Assembly (NCBI GenBank): GCA_964574825.1
Contig: CAZNQC010000008.1
Location: forward strand, 1 to 43,073
Direction: 5' to 3'
Origin: an uncultured Sphaerobacteraceae bacterium
GTDB taxonomy: Bacteria > Chloroflexota > Chloroflexia > Thermomicrobiales > UBA6265
Length of the DNA: 43,073 nt
Numbering within the stretch: the first letter of the stretch is position 1; each line of letters starts with the position of its first letter. The notes beneath the pieces were generated by a model, which saw nothing but the letters and a program-made list of their open reading frames with translations, did no database searches and was not told where the DNA came from. Positions 9,552 through 19,589 of this stretch are shown in pieces. Made by a program: the position numbers and the translations under genes.

Positions 9552-11330
9552 GTGAATCAGCGTCGCCGTGTCGTATTGGAACCGGATGCATCCTGGAACG
9601 TGCTGGGCCACCCTGGCTCCATCTCGCGCCGAACAGCCTTCAAGCTGGCGGGCGCCGCCGCTGCAGCCGCGATGGGCGGCACGGCCATGTCGATCGCACC
9701 CCGTCCGGCGTCGGCCCAGACTGGGTCGGATGGAGCTGGCGAGTTGCATCTGCCGTTCTATCCCTATGGCCAGCCCGTTCAGTTCGATCCACACCGGGCG
9801 CCAAACTGGGGACCATTCTGGACGCTCTCGCCGTATCTCTGGTCCGGCCTGCTCGGTTTTGACGAGCGGGGCGGCGTGGTGCTCGACCTGGCCGTTGCCT
9901 TCGATGCGAATGAGACGGCCGATGTCTGGACGGCCACCATCCGCGACGGCCTCACCTTCGAAAGTGGCGCACCCATCACGGCCCAGTCGTTCGTCGATTC
10001 CTGGATGCGCGCCCTCGATCCCTACCAACCCGCCCCCATGAGCACGTACATGCAGCTGGTCGACGGGGCCGATGCATACCTGGCAGGTACTGGGTCCGAG
10101 GTCGGATTCACCGCCGTCGACGACCTGACCATTGAAATCCGGTTGGCGGCTCCGTTCTCGTCATTTCCCGCCTATGCCGCCACTTTCGGATGGTCGCTGG
10201 TCGATGTGGCTGCCATCGATGCCGAGGCTGCCAGTGGGCTCCAGGTGCCAGGGATTGGCCCCTGGCAGGTGGCCGACGTGGTGAATGGTCAGACCTTCAC
10301 GTTCTCCCCCAATCCAGCCTCGCCAGTCGAAACATCAGCTGACGTGACGTCGATCGTCTGGCACATCTACGACGGGCCAGGAGCGATGGAATTGGCACTC
10401 GACGAATTCAATGCTGGAATCCTGGCGATTGCGGACGCTCCGGCTTCCCTGCTGGCGAAGGTGTCCGAAACTGACACTTCGTCCAACCTGCTGGTCGAGA
10501 TTGGCGATCCATCGTCCACGCTGGCACTGGGCATGGACTTCAACCAGGCCCCGTTCGATGACCTGCGCTATCGCGAAGCAGTCGCCGCCGCGATTGACCG
10601 CAGCCAGTGGGTGATGGACCTGGAAACGCCAGCGTTCATTCCCGCCACCGACATGGTGCCTCCCGCCGTGCAGGTTACCGCCAGTTACACGCCCGCCGAC
10701 CTGATTCCCTTCGATGCGGACCACGCCCGGGACCTGCTCGATGAGGCCGGTTACGACCCCGAAGGCGATGGTCCCGACATCGTCTACTACCAGGCCGGAA
10801 CCGACAGCGAGGAAGAGATCGCCCAGATCGCGTCCCTGCTGGCCATGATCGAGGCGAACTCTGGTCTCGTCATCCAGCACAACACGTCCCTCTCGACGGA
10901 TCAGATTGCCGCACTCCAGTCCGACAACGGCGGGCGCCAGGTCGATCTGGTCTGGTGGTGGAGTGATTCGGACACCCCGTCGATGCTGGGCCAGATCGGC
11001 CGTTCGGACTCACCTGCCATGGCCGGCTGGTTCAATTGGTCGCCTGAGTTGGAGGGCGTCGACGATCAGAATCCGGGCGCTGCGGCAGAGGCTTTCGACA
11101 ACGCGATTACCGCCGCCAATGAAGCCACCAATGCAGATGACCGCAATGCAGCCTATCGTGAAGCCGAACAGACCATGATCGACAACGCGGTGTATGTCCC
11201 GGTCGGCCACTGGGTGCAGCGATTTGTGCAGCAGCCCTGGCTGACCGGCACGCGCCAGGGATCGTGGACCGGCAGCATGCCGCTGGCGATCGATGCAGAC
11301 GTGCAACTCGCCGCACCAGAGAGCGAATAG
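9552..11330 (+). CDS. ABC transporter substrate-binding protein, family 5 (peptide/nickel type), Tat-type signal
   Basis: Twin-arginine signal SRRTAFKLAGAAAAAAMGGTAMSIAPRPASAQ followed by an SBP_bac_5-like body. I moved the start to GTG 9552, which is preceded by GAGAGGAG (AGGAG 6 nt upstream). The track start 9483 remains possible. Confidence 0.85.
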   Translation: MNQRRRVVLEPDASWNVLGHPGSISRRTAFKLAGAAAAAAMGGTAMSIAPRPASAQTGSDGAGELHLPFYPYGQPVQFDPHRAPNWGPFWTLSPYLWSGLLGFDERGGVVLDLAVAFDANETADVWTATIRDGLTFESGAPITAQSFVDSWMRALDPYQPAPMSTYMQLVDGADAYLAGTGSEVGFTAVDDLTIEIRLAAPFSSFPAYAATFGWSLVDVAAIDAEAASGLQVPGIGPWQVADVVNGQTFTFSPNPASPVETSADVTSIVWHIYDGPGAMELALDEFNAGILAIADAPASLLAKVSETDTSSNLLVEIGDPSSTLALGMDFNQAPFDDLRYREAVAAAIDRSQWVMDLETPAFIPATDMVPPAVQVTASYTPADLIPFDADHARDLLDEAGYDPEGDGPDIVYYQAGTDSEEEIAQIASLLAMIEANSGLVIQHNTSLSTDQIAALQSDNGGRQVDLVWWWSDSDTPSMLGQIGRSDSPAMAGWFNWSPELEGVDDQNPGAAAEAFDNAITAANEATNADDRNAAYREAEQTMIDNAVYVPVGHWVQRFVQQPWLTGTRQGSWTGSMPLAIDADVQLAAPESE

Positions 11331-11406
11331 CCGTTGCTGCTCCGGCTCCGCTGCATATTGGTGGACCGGGGCATTCCGGCAACGAGTTCCTCAGGCAGAA
11401 ATGTAC

Positions 11407-11440
11407 GGAAAAGCGGGACCCAAAGTGGTCCCGCTTTTCC
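11407..11440. terminator. Bidirectional intrinsic terminator between convergent genes
   Basis: GGAAAAGCGGGACC-CAAAGT-GGTCCCGCTTTTCC: a perfect 14-bp dyad whose outer A/T runs give a U-tract on both strands. It lies between the SBP stop (11330) and the GH57 stop (11470). Confidence 0.75.
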
Positions 11441-11469
11441 GTTCGCCTGTAGTGACTCTGGCGAGTGGT

Positions 11470-13191
11470 TCAGGAAGCCTGCAACCGGGCTGCTGACCCC
11501 TGTCTCGCCGCGAACCAGGTGTAGTCAACCGTGGGGAACGGATTGTCCCGCTCGGCGAGTGCCGTGAGCTGCGCGCGCTCATCTTCGGTCAAGTCCCCGC
11601 CACGCTCGGCAATGTCAGCCATCAGGTTGAACCGGTCGACATGATCGGTGAACCGGCGTGACGCATACTCCTTCGCCTGCCCGGTCGTGACCAGGAACGG
11701 CCAATCGCTGCTCTCCAGCAGCAGGAGTTCGCGGGCCGCCTGCTCCAGCACGGTCGCCATGTCGCCCGAGGCGGCAGGATACTTGTTAACCAGCTCCTCC
11801 ATCCGGCGCTCGGCTCCATGGATGATGGGCCACATCCATTCCGTCTCGTGGTTGAGCCAGGTGAAGTGATTGCCACCGGATCCCCAACTCGACTCGGGCA
11901 CGGCCATCACTCGCTCGGGCGCATGCTGGCTGATGAAGGCAGACGCCGTCGTCAACTCAACTCGCGGCGTGTTCGCCAGACCGCGGAGCACCTGCTTGAT
12001 CCAATCCACCCCCTCGAACCACCAGTGACCGAACAACTCGGTGTCGTAGTTGGAGCAGATGATGCCGAACTCACCTGTCGTCTCCTGGTAGTTGACCAGC
12101 AGTTCTTCAACCAGGCCAACGAAGTGACGGGCATGGTCGGCCACCCGCTCCTGCGCCCGGGCCGGATCGTATGAAGGCTTCAACCCAAGGTCGAGCCCGG
12201 GACCACCAATGCGCCAGTACTGCATGCCAGACACGGCGTCCTTGCGATGGAACTCTCGGTACCAGAGGTCGCCCGGATAGCCGAAGTCGCCCGACCAGAC
12301 CTGCTGGCCGGTGCGCGCATTGCGCCCCATCACGGCGACCTTGCCCGGTTCATCGCCAACCCAGTAGGCCTGGTAGGTCGTGCCTGGTTCCTTCTGCTCG
12401 GAAGGACTCAGTTCCAATGTGTACTTCCGGGCGACGGCACCATAGACGCCGATGGCCTCACCTGCGGCTTTGCCGATTGGATGACCACCTTCGACCGAAT
12501 GTGTTTCCACGAAGAAGACATCGATCCCCTGGGCGGCCAGGAAGGACTCGAGACCTGGGCGGCGAACAGCCTCATCGCTCGTTTCATCCCAATAGGCGGG
12601 TCGATACGCGCACTCGGGCAGCCAGATCGCCTTCGGATCGCGGCCGAAGTGGCGCCGGTAGGACTCCACGCCGGTTTGCAGCTGGCCAAAGATCGACGAG
12701 TCCCGCGACAGGAGCGGCAGGTAGCCATGGGTGGCGGCACTGGTGGAAATCTCCACGTAGCCGTCGTCCTGCAGCTTGGCCAGGGCGCCGATGATGTCAC
12801 AGCCGTAGCGATCGCGGAACGAGGCCAGCACCCTGGAATACCAGTGGTGGAAATGAATGGCGAGATCCTTCATATCAGGCTCGCCGGCGTCGGCAAAGCG
12901 ACTGATATCGGCGGCTGCCCAGGCTGCCCGCTCTTCGGCATAGGTGAGGAAGTGTTCCTTGATCGTCGGATCGGCCAGCTGTTCGGCGAGGATCGGGGTT
13001 ACGCTGATCGTGATCCGGAAATCGACACCCTCTTCAACCAGGTCGTTGAGCGCGTCCAGCAGCGGAACATACGTCTCGGCAATCGCCTCATGTACCCACT
13101 CTTCGCCATGCGGCCACATGCCAGCCTGACGGGCGTAGGGCAGGTGACTGTGCAGGACGAAGGTGAAGGCGCCCGCGGGATTGATCGTCAT
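11470..13191 (-). CDS. GH57-family 1,4-alpha-glucan branching enzyme (DUF1957-containing)
   Basis: The N-terminus FTFVLHSHLPYARQAGMWPHGEEWVHEAIAETYVPLL is the GH57 branching-enzyme hallmark. AAGGAG lies 6-7 nt upstream of ATG 13191. The gene follows malQ by 40 nt. Confidence 0.85.
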   Translation of the reverse strand: MTINPAGAFTFVLHSHLPYARQAGMWPHGEEWVHEAIAETYVPLLDALNDLVEEGVDFRITISVTPILAEQLADPTIKEHFLTYAEERAAWAAADISRFADAGEPDMKDLAIHFHHWYSRVLASFRDRYGCDIIGALAKLQDDGYVEISTSAATHGYLPLLSRDSSIFGQLQTGVESYRRHFGRDPKAIWLPECAYRPAYWDETSDEAVRRPGLESFLAAQGIDVFFVETHSVEGGHPIGKAAGEAIGVYGAVARKYTLELSPSEQKEPGTTYQAYWVGDEPGKVAVMGRNARTGQQVWSGDFGYPGDLWYREFHRKDAVSGMQYWRIGGPGLDLGLKPSYDPARAQERVADHARHFVGLVEELLVNYQETTGEFGIICSNYDTELFGHWWFEGVDWIKQVLRGLANTPRVELTTASAFISQHAPERVMAVPESSWGSGGNHFTWLNHETEWMWPIIHGAERRMEELVNKYPAASGDMATVLEQAARELLLLESSDWPFLVTTGQAKEYASRRFTDHVDRFNLMADIAERGGDLTEDERAQLTALAERDNPFPTVDYTWFAARQGSAARLQAS

Positions 13192-13231
13192 GGTTCAGTC
13201 ACTCCTTCGTGAACTTCTCGTGTGTGGGGGA

Positions 13232-14815
13232 TCAGGTCGGCAAGCCCTGGTGATTGACAATTGCCTGCGGCAGGTCTGGCCGCGTGTAGTCCCAGGGATT
13301 GTCACCAGTCGACGGCTTGTCGTTCCCAAGTCGACCGTACGTTTCAACCAGCGAGCGCAGGCCTGCCGCCAGACCTCGGTCCAGGTCTGCTTCGGTGCAC
13401 CGCCAGCCCCAGTTGCCATGCGCCGAGCCCGGAATGTTCATCCGTGCGTCGTCCCCGCGCCGGAGAATATCCTGCATGGGAGCGATGGCGATGTTGGCGA
13501 TGCTGGCCAGGGCCAACCGGATCAGGTCCCAGGCAATGTCGTGACCATCGTTGCCAAGATACTGCTGCACCGCCGTTCGTTCGTGCGGTGGCCGGGATGA
13601 GAACCAGCCGACAGTCGTCTGGTTGTCATGTGTAGCAGTGTAGACCACGGAATTGCGGACGTAATTGTGCGGCAAGTACACGTTTCCGGCGCCGCTTTCG
13701 AACGCGAACTGCAGCACGTTCATGCCGGGGAATCCAAGCAGCTCGCGCAGGCTCACCACGTCGGGCGTGATCACCCCCAGGTCCTCGATGATGATCGGAA
13801 GGTCCCCGAACTCACGCCGGATAGCCGCGAACACGTCCCCGCCGGGGCTCCGTTCCCAGTGTCCCTCGGCAGCAGTGGCAGCACCCGCAGGCACCACCCA
13901 GGCCGCGGCAAAGCCCCGGAAATGGTCGATCCGGATGATGTCGACCTGCGATAGGGTGCGGGCAATCCGTCGCTTCCACCACGCAAACCCGTCTGCCCGC
14001 ATCGCGTCCCAGTCGAAGAGAGGATTCCCCCAGATCTGACCCGTGGCCGAGAACGGGTCGGGCGGCACGCCGGCAATCACCTGGGCCCGGCCTTCTGCAT
14101 CCAGGCGGAACTGATCCTGGCTGGCCCAGACATCGGCACTGTCCTCCGCAACGAAGATGGGGATGTCACCAACGATGCGAATTCCTCGCTCGTTGGCGTG
14201 GCGCCGGAGCTCAGCCCACTGCCGTTGGAAGCACCACTGGGTGAACTGCACGAACGCGATCTCGGAAGCCAGTTCCTGGCGGGCTCGGTCCAGCGCTCCG
14301 GACTCTCGCAGCCGGAGTTCCCGCGGCCAGGCCTGCCAACCTGCCATCCCCTGGCTGCGTTTGATGGCCATGAAGAGGGCATAGTCGTTCAGCCACCACG
14401 CCTCGGCCACCGTGAACGCCTCGAACTCGTCCCGAAAGCGATCTCCGGCATGTCCCAGATACCGCTGGTAGGCAGTTCGCAGCAGAGCGTCCTTGAACGG
14501 CACGACCGCACCAAAGTCCACGCGATCGGCGGGAAACTCCGGGGCATTCGCCAGGTCGTCTGCAGTGAGCAGACCCTCGCCTTCGAGCCAGGCCAATGAG
14601 ATGAGCAACGGGTTCCCGGCAAAGGCCGAAGGTGACGCGTACGGTGAATCGCCAAACCCCGTCGGCCCCAGCGGCATGACCTGCCACAGTTTCTGGCCCG
14701 CTGCCTCCAGCCACTCGACGAACCGGAAGGAGGCTGGACCAAAATCACCAATCCCGTGTGGGCCCGGGAGGGACGTGGGGTGGAGCAGGACTCCACTTTC
14801 GCGGGGAAATTGCAT
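13232..14815 (-). CDS. malQ: 4-alpha-glucanotransferase (amylomaltase, GH77)
   Basis: The N-terminus RESGVLLHPTSLPGPHGIGDFGPASFRFVEWLEAAGQKLWQVMPLGPTGFGDSPY plus IRIDHFRGF and ATHDN motifs. Confidence 0.93.
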   Translation of the reverse strand: MQFPRESGVLLHPTSLPGPHGIGDFGPASFRFVEWLEAAGQKLWQVMPLGPTGFGDSPYASPSAFAGNPLLISLAWLEGEGLLTADDLANAPEFPADRVDFGAVVPFKDALLRTAYQRYLGHAGDRFRDEFEAFTVAEAWWLNDYALFMAIKRSQGMAGWQAWPRELRLRESGALDRARQELASEIAFVQFTQWCFQRQWAELRRHANERGIRIVGDIPIFVAEDSADVWASQDQFRLDAEGRAQVIAGVPPDPFSATGQIWGNPLFDWDAMRADGFAWWKRRIARTLSQVDIIRIDHFRGFAAAWVVPAGAATAAEGHWERSPGGDVFAAIRREFGDLPIIIEDLGVITPDVVSLRELLGFPGMNVLQFAFESGAGNVYLPHNYVRNSVVYTATHDNQTTVGWFSSRPPHERTAVQQYLGNDGHDIAWDLIRLALASIANIAIAPMQDILRRGDDARMNIPGSAHGNWGWRCTEADLDRGLAAGLRSLVETYGRLGNDKPSTGDNPWDYTRPDLPQAIVNHQGLPT

Positions 14816-14919
14816 GGAGTCTCCAGTTTCGGTCAGTTCGGTCGTGGTTGCCTGGTTTCACGGTGAAAAGCGCGACACCGCTCGCTCCATCACGAACGGT
14901 GCCTCACACAGCGGCAGGC

Positions 14920-15771
14920 TCAGACCTCGATCGGTTCCAACGCCTCGACCACGACCCAGCCAATCTCGCCGGAGACCTCGACCTGCACCCAGACGAAGTC
15001 CTCGTCTTCTCGTTGGACTGGTCCGCCAATCAGCGTAACCGGCATGAACTCGCCGATCGGTGAGACGGCCAGAGTCTCACAATCGGCCCCCGGTCCGAAC
15101 CGGATATTGACATCCGACACCGTCCGATAGGCCGTTGATTCCAGCTCGATCACCGGCACGAACTCGGGCTCGCAACTCGTAACGGCGAGCACCTCCAGAT
15201 CCTCCAGGGTTCCGGTGACGGCGACTGGAGATGAATCGGGCGTGCCCTGGGCATCTTCCGGCGTTTCCGCAATCAGCAACGACGCCTCTTCGGCTTCCTC
15301 GGTCACGACTGGAAAGGCACCGGACGTGCCGTCACCATCGGGCGGTGGACCATCGTCCTGGGCCGTCGTGGAAGGAGGCACCACCGGTGTTGCTCGATCG
15401 CCGGCCGCTGGCGAGGCAGTGGTGACAATGTCATTGAAGACAGGCGTTGATTCCGGGATCGAATCGACCGTGCCCGAGATTGGCTCCAGGTCCGGCGTGG
15501 ATGCCGCCACATCAGGCGGCGCAATCGGCGTGGACAGATCCGTCGTGGCCTCTGCCTCGGCGGTCGAATCAGCGGCATCCTCGGTGGCTTCGGTGGTTGC
15601 CTCCTCCGTTGCCGCGTCGGTTGGCTGGGCCAGGCTTTCGGATGTGGCTGTTGGTTCGGGATCGTCGTCACCGAGGGGGCCGCACGCGGCCAGCGCCATG
15701 CAAGCTGCCAGCGTTAACGCCAGCATGGAACCTCGTTGCCAGATCCGATGTCGCGTTGAGCGCGCTGCCAT
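14920..15771 (-). CDS. Lipoprotein with an acidic low-complexity linker and a C-terminal bacterial SH3 domain
   Basis: Lipobox LAAC in MAARSTRHRIWQRGSMLALTLAACMALAACGP, a T/E/A/D-rich linker, and a C-terminal SH3b-like segment VNIRFGPGADCETLAVSPIGEFMPVTLIGGP...WVQVEVSGEIGWV. The start is ATG 15771, 6 nt after GGGAGGGG. Confidence 0.7.
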   Translation of the reverse strand: MAARSTRHRIWQRGSMLALTLAACMALAACGPLGDDDPEPTATSESLAQPTDAATEEATTEATEDAADSTAEAEATTDLSTPIAPPDVAASTPDLEPISGTVDSIPESTPVFNDIVTTASPAAGDRATPVVPPSTTAQDDGPPPDGDGTSGAFPVVTEEAEEASLLIAETPEDAQGTPDSSPVAVTGTLEDLEVLAVTSCEPEFVPVIELESTAYRTVSDVNIRFGPGADCETLAVSPIGEFMPVTLIGGPVQREDEDFVWVQVEVSGEIGWVVVEALEPIEV

Positions 15772-15849
15772 ATCCATCCCCTCCCAGTGATGTCGATTGT
15801 CCCAGGTCACTCTCGCCGCCTTCCCCTGTCGAAGAGAGTGATTCCCGCG

Positions 15850-16854
15850 CTATGGCTCTTCGAGACTGTCGCGCAGGATGTCCATGTGTTCGAGCGCCAA
15901 ACCGGTGCCGATGGCCACGCACGAAAGCGGATCATCAGCCACGTAACAGGGCACGCCTGTCACTTCGGTCAGCAGGTCCGGCAGGTGCCGCAGCAAGGCG
16001 CCACCGCCGGTCAGGATCATTCCCTTGTCGATGATATCGGAAGAGAGCTCCGGTGGTGTCTCTTCCAGTACTGCACGGACAGCCCCAATGATAGCCTCTA
16101 GCGGCTCCGTGATGGCGTCGGTAATCTCGTTCGAATGAATCTGGACCGTGCGGGGAAGTCCGGCGACCTCGTCGCGGCCGCGCACTTCCATGATCCGGTC
16201 CTCTTCAAGTGGCATGGCCGAGCCGATCGCGATCTTCACTTCCTCGGCCGTGCGCTCACCAACTCGCAGGTTATATTTGCGCTTGATGTACGAGCTGATT
16301 GCCTCATCGAACTTGTTGCCGCCTACCCGGAGCGACCGGGCGACCACAATGCCATTCAGCGAAATGACCGCAACCTCGGTGGTGCCGCCACCAATGTCGA
16401 TGATCATGTTGCCGCTCGGGTCCGCAACTGGCACCCGGGCCCCAATTGCCGCCGCCAGCGGTTCGCTGATCAGGTAGGCCCGCCGGGCGCCACCATTGAG
16501 GGCGGCATCGCGCACCGCGCGTCGCTCCACACCCGTCACCCCAGCCGGAACGCAGATCATCACGTCCGGTCGGATCAGCGAGAAGCGTCCGCACGCCTTG
16601 TTAATGAAGTACTCCAGCATCTTCTGGGTGACGACGTAGTCCGCAATCACGCCTTCGCGCATCGGGCGCACGACCTCGATGGTGTCGCGCGGTTCACGAC
16701 CGAGCATGTTGCGAGCTTCGAGGCCAACCGCCTTGACCTTCCCGTCCTTGGCGGAGATGGCCACCACCGACGGCTCGTTGATCACGATGCCGCGGCCTCG
16801 CAGGAACACCAGCACGTTGGCGGTTCCGAGATCGATTCCTACCTGCTTGGGCAA
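15850..16854 (-). CDS. mreB: Rod shape-determining actin homologue MreB
   Basis: [13 protein letters not shown]..., [11 protein letters not shown] and [11 protein letters not shown]-type motifs. I trimmed the start to TTG 16854 ([11 protein letters not shown]), which has GAGGA 7 nt upstream. The remaining 5' 828 nt of track ORF 15850..17682 is antisense to add and is not MreB-like. Confidence 0.93.
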   Translation of the reverse strand: MPKQVGIDLGTANVLVFLRGRGIVINEPSVVAISAKDGKVKAVGLEARNMLGREPRDTIEVVRPMREGVIADYVVTQKMLEYFINKACGRFSLIRPDVMICVPAGVTGVERRAVRDAALNGGARRAYLISEPLAAAIGARVPVADPSGNMIIDIGGGTTEVAVISLNGIVVARSLRVGGNKFDEAISSYIKRKYNLRVGERTAEEVKIAIGSAMPLEEDRIMEVRGRDEVAGLPRTVQIHSNEITDAITEPLEAIIGAVRAVLEETPPELSSDIIDKGMILTGGGALLRHLPDLLTEVTGVPCYVADDPLSCVAIGTGLALEHMDILRDSLEEP

Positions 16855-16989
16855 TGGAAATTCCTCTGATTCGTTGGGAAATGCGTGCCGAAGGAGTGGA
16901 AAAGTCAGGCCGAATGAACGACTCCCTGGCAGTCGCAAAGTGTACCATGCGCACTGGTTCGGTCCTGACCGTGTTTTCGGGAGTTTTTC

Positions 16990-18078
16990 GTGCTGCACCA
17001 CCCTGCTCTGCCTGTCCCCGAGTGGCTTCGGACGATGCCGAAGGTGGAACTCCATGTCCACCTCGAAGGCACCATCGCCCCCGCCACCCTGGTCGAGCTC
17101 GACGCGCGGCACGGCCACCCTGCCGGCCTGACGACGCCGGAGCTGGCCGAAACCTGGTACCAGTACGACGACTTTCCGGGTTTCATCGACGCCTTCACCC
17201 GCATCAGCGACCAAATCCTGACCGCCGGGGACCTTGGCCTGGTGGTGGAACGCTACGGTGAGGACCTTGCCCGCCAACGCGTGCGCTACGCCGAGCTTCA
17301 CTACAATGCCGAGCCTCACCTGCGGCGCAAGGGGATTCCCCTCCGCGAGGGACTGGCCGAAATGAACGCCGCCCGCGAGCGCGTCCTCGCCAACCACGGC
17401 GTTGAACTGCGCTGGATCGTCGACGGCGTCCGTGACGCGAATATCGGACCGCGATCGGTCGACATCGCCATCGACTGGATCACCGCTGCCGGCCCCGATT
17501 CCGGCATTGTCGCCCTCGGGCTGGGCGGCAACGAGATCACCCAACCCGCCCGCAAGTTCGCCTCGTCGTTCGCCCGGGCGCGCGAGCTCGGAATCAACGT
17601 CGTCGCCCATGCCGGCGAGGCAGTTGGACCGGAATCGATTCGGGAAACCATCGAATTCCTGCGGCCAGCCCGGATCGGACACGGCATCACGGCTGGTCAG
17701 GATCCAGCGCTAATGAACGAACTCGCACTGACCGGCACGCCCCTGGAGATCTCGCCGACCAGCAATCTCCGCACCGGCGTAGCCAGGTCACTGAACGATG
17801 TGCCACTCCGCGCATTTCGCGACCGCGGCGTGCGGTTCTCGATCAACAGTGACGACCCGCCGATGTTCGGCACCGACCTGCTCTCCGAGTACGCCCTGGC
17901 GGTTGACGTGCTGGAGCTCGATCAGGTGGAAACGGCTGCCCTGGTGGCCGATGCCGTTGCCCAGTCGTTTGCCGAGGACATCGTCAAGGAGCGAATCCTC
18001 GCCGAACTGGCGGATCACACGCCAGGCGTTGCCTCGTTGCTGGCCAACGGTGCAACGGCTTCGAGCAATGCCAGGTAG
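16990..18078 (+). CDS. add: Adenosine deaminase
   Basis: [22 protein letters not shown], the HAGE motif ([14 protein letters not shown]) and [14 protein letters not shown] 16990 has GGGAG 6 nt upstream. Confidence 0.9.
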   Translation: MLHHPALPVPEWLRTMPKVELHVHLEGTIAPATLVELDARHGHPAGLTTPELAETWYQYDDFPGFIDAFTRISDQILTAGDLGLVVERYGEDLARQRVRYAELHYNAEPHLRRKGIPLREGLAEMNAARERVLANHGVELRWIVDGVRDANIGPRSVDIAIDWITAAGPDSGIVALGLGGNEITQPARKFASSFARARELGINVVAHAGEAVGPESIRETIEFLRPARIGHGITAGQDPALMNELALTGTPLEISPTSNLRTGVARSLNDVPLRAFRDRGVRFSINSDDPPMFGTDLLSEYALAVDVLELDQVETAALVADAVAQSFAEDIVKERILAELADHTPGVASLLANGATASSNAR

Positions 18079-18830
18079 TCGCCTGGATCGTCTGTCGCCG
18101 TGATCGCGCGCACCACGACTTGGTCAACCGCGCCATCGAATGCCCGCAATCCAGCCACCAGGTCTGCGGGATCGTCGCCGTGGACGGCACTCTCCATTGC
18201 CGTGATGCCCAGCCGTTCGAAGTTGGCGGCATAGGACGGGATCGCCGAGTACTTCGCCGCCTCCTGCTCGAGCACCGGGAATGCTGCCGGGCCCAGTGCG
18301 GTGCGAACGTAGGTGGCAGCGATCGGGTTGGGGCGACCAGACTCTCCAGCCTGGCGGCGCAAGGTCTCGGTCGTCTCCGCGGCGAACGTCGGCGTCAGCC
18401 AGTTGAAGAGCAACCCGTCACCGGTCTCCGCTCCCAACTGGCGCATCTTCGGACCGAGTGAGCCAACCACGACCGGCGATGTCAGACCACCCTTCAGGGC
18501 CACCAGGCCATCGCGGACCGTCGTCAAGGGACTGGGCTTGCCCGATGCGCCCACGCCAAGGATCAGGCGTTCCGGATCGATCTCTCTGCGTTCGATGTCT
18601 TCGAGGATGCGCTCCGGCGACTTGGCATCAAGATTGATCACCCCAACACCCAGCACCAACCGGGTCGTGAGGGATTGGGCCAAAGCCACGCGCTCCAGCG
18701 CATCTCCCTGTGGCGTCTCGTTGAACCACAGGGTCGCAAACCCGAGTCGCTCGGCGGCAGTGGCAATCTCCGCCACGGTGTCCAGCGGCAACGAGCCGAC
18801 CACTCCGAAGCCGAATGTACTTGATGTCAT
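18015..18830 (-). CDS. LLM-class (luciferase-like) flavin/F420-dependent oxidoreductase
   Basis: The luciferase-like TIM-barrel N-terminus FGFGVVGSLPLDTVAEIATAAERLGFATLWFNETPQGDAL. GGGAG lies 5 nt upstream of ATG 18830. Confidence 0.8.
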   Translation of the reverse strand: MTSSTFGFGVVGSLPLDTVAEIATAAERLGFATLWFNETPQGDALERVALAQSLTTRLVLGVGVINLDAKSPERILEDIERREIDPERLILGVGASGKPSPLTTVRDGLVALKGGLTSPVVVGSLGPKMRQLGAETGDGLLFNWLTPTFAAETTETLRRQAGESGRPNPIAATYVRTALGPAAFPVLEQEAAKYSAIPSYAANFERLGITAMESAVHGDDPADLVAGLRAFDGAVDQVVVRAITATDDPGDYLALLEAVAPLASNEATPGV

Positions 18831-18839
18831 GAGAGCTCC

Positions 18840-19589
18840 CTATCCATTTCGCGGAAATCCTAGACCAAGCCGCTTGAGCGATGAGTGTCGTCCCTGGCCG
18901 ACAATCAGGTGATCGAGCACCTTGATATCCAGCAGTTTCCCGGCAGCGACCACCTCAGCGGTCAACGCGACATCGGCTGCGGAAGGCGTCGGGTCGCCGG
19001 TCGGATGATTGTGAACGAGGATGACACCGACCGCGTTGGCCCGGACCGCCTCGCGAAACAACTCAGCAATGCGAACCGACGCCTCGTTGACGCTGCCCTG
19101 ATAGATCTGGACTGGAGCGCGGATGATCCGGTTCTTCGTATCCAGCAACACCACTCGCAACTGTTCCTGCTCCAGGGCGGCCATTTCGAAGCCGATCAGG
19201 TCGATCACGTCTTCAGGCGATGCGATGGCGGGCCGCTCTTCTATCGGCAACCTGGCCACCCGCCGACCGATCTCCAGGGCCGCCTTGAGTGCGGCAGCCT
19301 TGGCCGGACCCAGGCCGCCCTCCCCCAGCAGTTCATGGTAGTCGCGCCGCTGCAAACCCACGAACCCGCCGCCTTCGTCGAGCAGACGCCGGGACAGCCG
19401 CAACACGCCTTCCTTCTCGGTGCCGGTCCGCAACAGAATGGCGATGAGTTCGTGATCGGCCAGGGACTCCGGACCGAACCGCTCCAATCGTTCGCGCGGC
19501 ATCAGGTCCGGATCGCCCTCGCTGATCTTGCGACCGTTGCGCCGGCGCGGCGGAACAGCCAGTTCGATCTCCGGGATTGTTTCAGCCAC
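18840..19589 (-). CDS. radC: RadC-family JAB/MPN-domain protein
   Basis: N-terminal HhH-like region MPRERLERFGPESLADHELIAILLRTGT and JAMM motif HNHPTGDPTPSAADVALT. GTG 19589 has GGAGG 6 nt upstream. Confidence 0.88.
   Translation of the reverse strand: MAETIPEIELAVPPRRRNGRKISEGDPDLMPRERLERFGPESLADHELIAILLRTGTEKEGVLRLSRRLLDEGGGFVGLQRRDYHELLGEGGLGPAKAAALKAALEIGRRVARLPIEERPAIASPEDVIDLIGFEMAALEQEQLRVVLLDTKNRIIRAPVQIYQGSVNEASVRIAELFREAVRANAVGVILVHNHPTGDPTPSAADVALTAEVVAAGKLLDIKVLDHLIVGQGRHSSLKRLGLGFPRNG

Noticed and set aside
16855-17682. 5' extension of the MreB track ORF (610 aa). Analogous extensions are 26430-27515 (troD-like), 30827-31579 (receiver) and 41914-42144 (RNase H).
   Set aside because: The extensions overlap neighbouring confident genes antisense or out of frame, have junk composition, and end where good internal starts with SD sequences begin the conserved domain.
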